Of a stretch of DNA of 64,000 nucleotides, positions 60,802 to 64,000 are shown one piece after another. Position 1 is the first letter of the stretch. Every line of letters begins with the position of its first letter. The notes under the pieces were generated by a model. The model did no database searches, was not told the origin of the DNA, and saw only the letters and a program-made list of their open reading frames with translations. The stretch spans positions 2,464,001 to 2,528,000 of the forward strand of contig CBDCCK010000002.1 of NCBI GenBank assembly GCA_965214835.1. The letters are read 5' to 3'. This DNA is from Nitrosopumilaceae archaeon (lineage in GTDB: Archaea; Thermoproteota; Nitrososphaeria; Nitrososphaerales; Nitrosopumilaceae). The position numbers and the translations under genes are program-made.

Positions 60802-61143
60802 ATCTCGACAGACGAGGCAAGAAACCTGCTGGTCAGAAGCGACAACGGCACCCAGTATACGAGCCGCAAATTCAAGGAGAGCATGAAGGCGCTTGGGGTA
60901 AGGTGCGAGTATATCTGGCACAACACGCCCGAGCAGAACGGACATGTCGAGTCCTTCCACAAGACCCTCAAAAAGGAGTACGTCTGGCCGCACGACTTTG
61001 CCAGATTCCAGGATGCCGAGGTTGTTCTGACAAAGGCGTTTGCGGACTACAACCAGGACAGGATCCACTCGGTGCTGGGATACCTGACGCCGGACGAGTT
61101 CGTCCAAAAGACCCGGAAAACGATGGAGGTACGGCAAAAATGA
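60802..61143 (+). pseudogene. C-terminal rve integrase-core remnant (IS3/IS481-like)
   Basis: SDNGTQYTS, PEQNGHVESFHKTLKKE, YN..R.HS.LGY.TP. Confidence 0.85.
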
Positions 61144-61249
61144 GCGATCAGAGTGTGCGTAAAATATCGCCAAAAGCGTTCCTATTTTATGGGGTCCACT
61201 CCAACCTCGTCTGCTACGGATCTGCCCCTTGCCCTCCACGTCAGTATGC

Positions 61250-61502
61250 ACGTCATAACCCACGACCACCTCCTCATCCAGATCTCCCCTCCCTTGATCT
61301 GCCCGCTTATCTTGCGGGAGACGGCGGTGAGTTCTCGTTCTCGTAGTACCTGAGCTGCCTGCCCTGCTCCTCGATTGTCTTGTCTTTCTCCTCCAGCATT
61401 CTGTTCGTTGCCTTTAGGCTCCTTTCTAACGTGCTTATTCTGTCTGTGACTGACACGATTGTGGCCTCAAGCTTGCGGCATGTGGGTCGGCGGCCTTTCA
61501 TA
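61250..61502 (-). pseudogene. N-terminal remnant of an IS66-like transposase
   Basis: Coiled coil followed by LRYYENENSPPS, then stop; ends approximate. Confidence 0.5.
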
Positions 61503-61711
61503 ATGCTGATGTCATGCAGGCATCGCATTTGATCGGTATGATCGTGGTATGTTAGACAGGTTGTCAAAACACGTCAAAACATAAGTGGCCTCGTACAATA
61601 GAGCCTCGTACAAGTGACCGAAAAAGCTAAAAAGAGGCAAATCCGCCTAGACTTGATGAAGAATTTTAGCTGTTGCTGGAAATTTTTCACTATTGGAGGC
61701 TTACAATAAAA

Positions 61712-62173
61712 TTGAAAGCATCCAAAGTGATTAAGACAAAGAGCATATACAAACCAAAGGAGTACGGTGATGGCCTAAGAGTCCTAATAACGAGGTACTA
61801 CCCCAGAGGCGTCAAAAAAACCCATTTTGATAGGTGGATGAGGGATCTTGCGCCCAGCCAAGAACTGTTACGCAGATACAAAAACGAGCAAATCCATTGG
61901 GAGGATTTTATACCATCATTCAAACTTGAATTGCAAGAAAATCAGAACAGTGTCAATTTAATAAAATCATTGAAGGCCAAATCAAACTATTCCCACGTAA
62001 CCTTGCTGTGCTATGAACCGGAAGGCACACCGTGTCACAGGCACCTGTTAAAAGAGATCATTAGGAATCCGAATCTTCTAAATGTCGATTTTGTGCCGGA
62101 ATATGCTGATTATCATAAAGGAGGAGCGATGAAGAAACATGTTGCCCACAAGGAAGCTTGTATCGTACCCTGA
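61712..62173 (+). CDS. DUF488 (YeaO-like) protein
   Basis: DG.RVLITRYYPRGVKK, LAPS.EL, VTLLCYE...CHR; start uncertain. Confidence 0.85.
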   Translation: MKASKVIKTKSIYKPKEYGDGLRVLITRYYPRGVKKTHFDRWMRDLAPSQELLRRYKNEQIHWEDFIPSFKLELQENQNSVNLIKSLKAKSNYSHVTLLCYEPEGTPCHRHLLKEIIRNPNLLNVDFVPEYADYHKGGAMKKHVAHKEACIVP

Positions 62174-62821
62174 TTCGCCAATGTGTAGGTTTTTCCATAC
62201 TTGCTCAATTTTGTCGGGATTTTTTCTAATCCATTCGTAAACTCCCCACTCCAAAATCTGCTGATCATGAGGATTTTTTGATTTGCAGCCAGAGCATCGA
62301 TAGGTCATTCTTGGTTGTACATCATAGTTGTGAATCGTTAGAAATGGCTCCTGAGAAAAGAGTGTGGTTTGTACATTACGTTCGTGTTTTTTTCTTTTTT
62401 CAAAACGCTGTTGGAATTCACGAGGCTTTATGAATCCCAGACTTGATCTCTCATCGTTTAGATCTTGTATACACTCAACGCCATATTTTTTGTGCATGTC
62501 ATTTAACAACGCTATCCATTTTGATCTTGATAATGTTTCATGAACAGTTATTTTGAATCGTAGTTTATCCCATTCTGATTTTGACCCCTGTATTTTCCAA
62601 CTTTCGTTTCTAGTATCCTGTGGATTTCTCTCCAATGGGATTTCCACCACGTCCCATCTTTTCATAGGAGTGCCCGGTGGTACTGGGTAAACCCTTATCA
62701 AGCCATATTTTGGCGAATAGCCCGCAGTACAAACAGTTTTCCTGTTATCACTTATTTCGTCGGGTGCTGCACTGCCTAACACAATTAGATCATCGATTTT
62801 TATTTTCTCTACGTCAGACAT
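62078..62821 (-). CDS. conserved hypothetical protein
   Basis: 247 aa; TVCTAG...G.IRVYPVP, D.R.ES, C..C...H..QILEW, LVGN. Confidence 0.75.
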   Translation of the reverse strand: MSDVEKIKIDDLIVLGSAAPDEISDNRKTVCTAGYSPKYGLIRVYPVPPGTPMKRWDVVEIPLERNPQDTRNESWKIQGSKSEWDKLRFKITVHETLSRSKWIALLNDMHKKYGVECIQDLNDERSSLGFIKPREFQQRFEKRKKHERNVQTTLFSQEPFLTIHNYDVQPRMTYRCSGCKSKNPHDQQILEWGVYEWIRKNPDKIEQVWKNLHIGESGYDTSFLVGNMFLHRSSFMIISIFRHKIDI

Positions 62822-63585
62822 GCTGTCTACTCACCAATTCCTTGTCTTTCGTAACAACGCCTGTCGTAATAGGTTTTGTTGTTGATCCAGAGAGTTGATT
62901 CGAAATTAGCAAATTTTGATCAAATGGGCACATAACGTAGTATCTATAATTGAAAACCAATCAGTTTTGTGTCAAAATAGGCACGACGTGTCAAAACTCT
63001 GATCGGTTATTTGGGGTAGATACTACGCATGCCAGACCGATCCAAATGCCAGTAAAACGCACATAATTCATGAAATTACTTGATAGATTGTCAAGAAACC
63101 CCGTACATTAAGGATGTTTGCCGGCATGACTGTCCCCGAATTTGACTTGTTGCATGCGAAGGTGGTAAAGAAATAGACTTTATGCGTAATCGGTTCAGAT
63201 CTGGGATTATTACTAACAAATTCATCTCATTCAGGTCGATGACGCAAAGTCTAATCGTAACAGTTCACGATTTGGAAGCCATTCCTGATTTTATACTGGC
63301 GCGCAAAAGTTCCTGCCGAATCAAATTTACCAGACCGAAGCAGGTTTTGACCACGTCGCACAGGAGTCGTTGTCAAGCTCACCAGTTTGGCAGCAGATCG
63401 TGTTTGTGAAGTGATTTATGATTCTGGGCGCGATTTGCACTCAAGATACCTGTGTTGGAATCAAAACCACGCCTGAGCTTCAGAATCACAGACTGTCACG
63501 ATGTTTTGCAATACTGCCGTTTTCGTTTAGACATGTTGCATCTCAAATACTGATATAAACAAAATTACAGTTATGATTTTACAGA

Positions 63586-64000
63586 TTAGACTTCGATTAG
63601 TGCTGATTTTTTATTCTGTGCTTTAGATATGCAGAACTTGGAAAACTCTTCTTCTGTGTATTCCACTTCTTTTAGGGCACTGCGGATCTTGGCAACTGTG
63701 GGATACTCATCGTATGTTTTGCCCCTTATGGTGCGACCTCCAGACTTTGGCCGTATTCCACCCCATTGCTTGAAAAAGACAGAAACCTTTTGTTTTTTGC
63801 ATTGTTTTATGATATCGAGAATCCACTTTTCTTTTACTTTTCTGTAGCCGGGTCCGCTTTCACCGCCAATTATGACCCAATCAATATTTTTGAGATTTAG
63901 ATCACCTACCGGACCAATTAATGGCTCCATACTCAAGAATCTTGTATGGCACTTTGCCTTTCTCAAATCATCAATTCTCCACCTATAGTCCTCGTTTTCT
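63586..64000 (-). CDS. DUF5131 (phage Gp37Gp68-like) protein, 5' part outside the window
   Basis: RFLS.EPL.G, IDWVIIGGESGP, FFKQWGG. Confidence 0.9.
   Translation of the reverse strand, partial: ENEDYRWRIDDLRKAKCHTRFLSMEPLIGPVGDLNLKNIDWVIIGGESGPGYRKVKEKWILDIIKQCKKQKVSVFFKQWGGIRPKSGGRTIRGKTYDEYPTVAKIRSALKEVEYTEEEFSKFCISKAQNKKSALIEV

Overview
Archaeal chromosome segment. Protein similarity, gene order and the L2-less S10/spc cluster point to Nitrososphaerota (Thaumarchaeota), probably a GC-rich, IS-rich Nitrosopumilaceae (inference). 1-5 kb: IS end, MITEs and small genes. 5-15.4 kb: proteasome alpha, a SPOUT methyltransferase and the ribosomal cluster L3 to L6, in which L24 carries a ~290-aa acidic repeat tail ending in a basic/aromatic motif. 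After tRNA-Asn(GTT) lies a complete type I-G (I-U) CRISPR-Cas locus: cas4/1 fusion, cas2, leader, ~148 identical 36-nt repeats (manual count), an IS630 inserted in the last spacer, then AT-rich cas3, cas8g(csb3), csb1 and a 702-aa csb2 with two Cas6-like modules. 36.8-64 kb is an accessory/defence region: UvrD-PD-(D/E)XK helicase-nuclease, PIN, TIR, toxin-antitoxin genes, RM and AbiEii remnants, DUF1998 helicase, DUF488, DUF5131, several IS families and two MITE families. Most notable: the L24 tail (candidate ribosome-membrane tether), two ectopic repeat-spacer-repeat structures with the 73-bp period of the CRISPR array, the double-Cas6 Csb2, and a spacer encoding the PolB YGDTDS motif. All family assignments come from motif recognition, not database searches.
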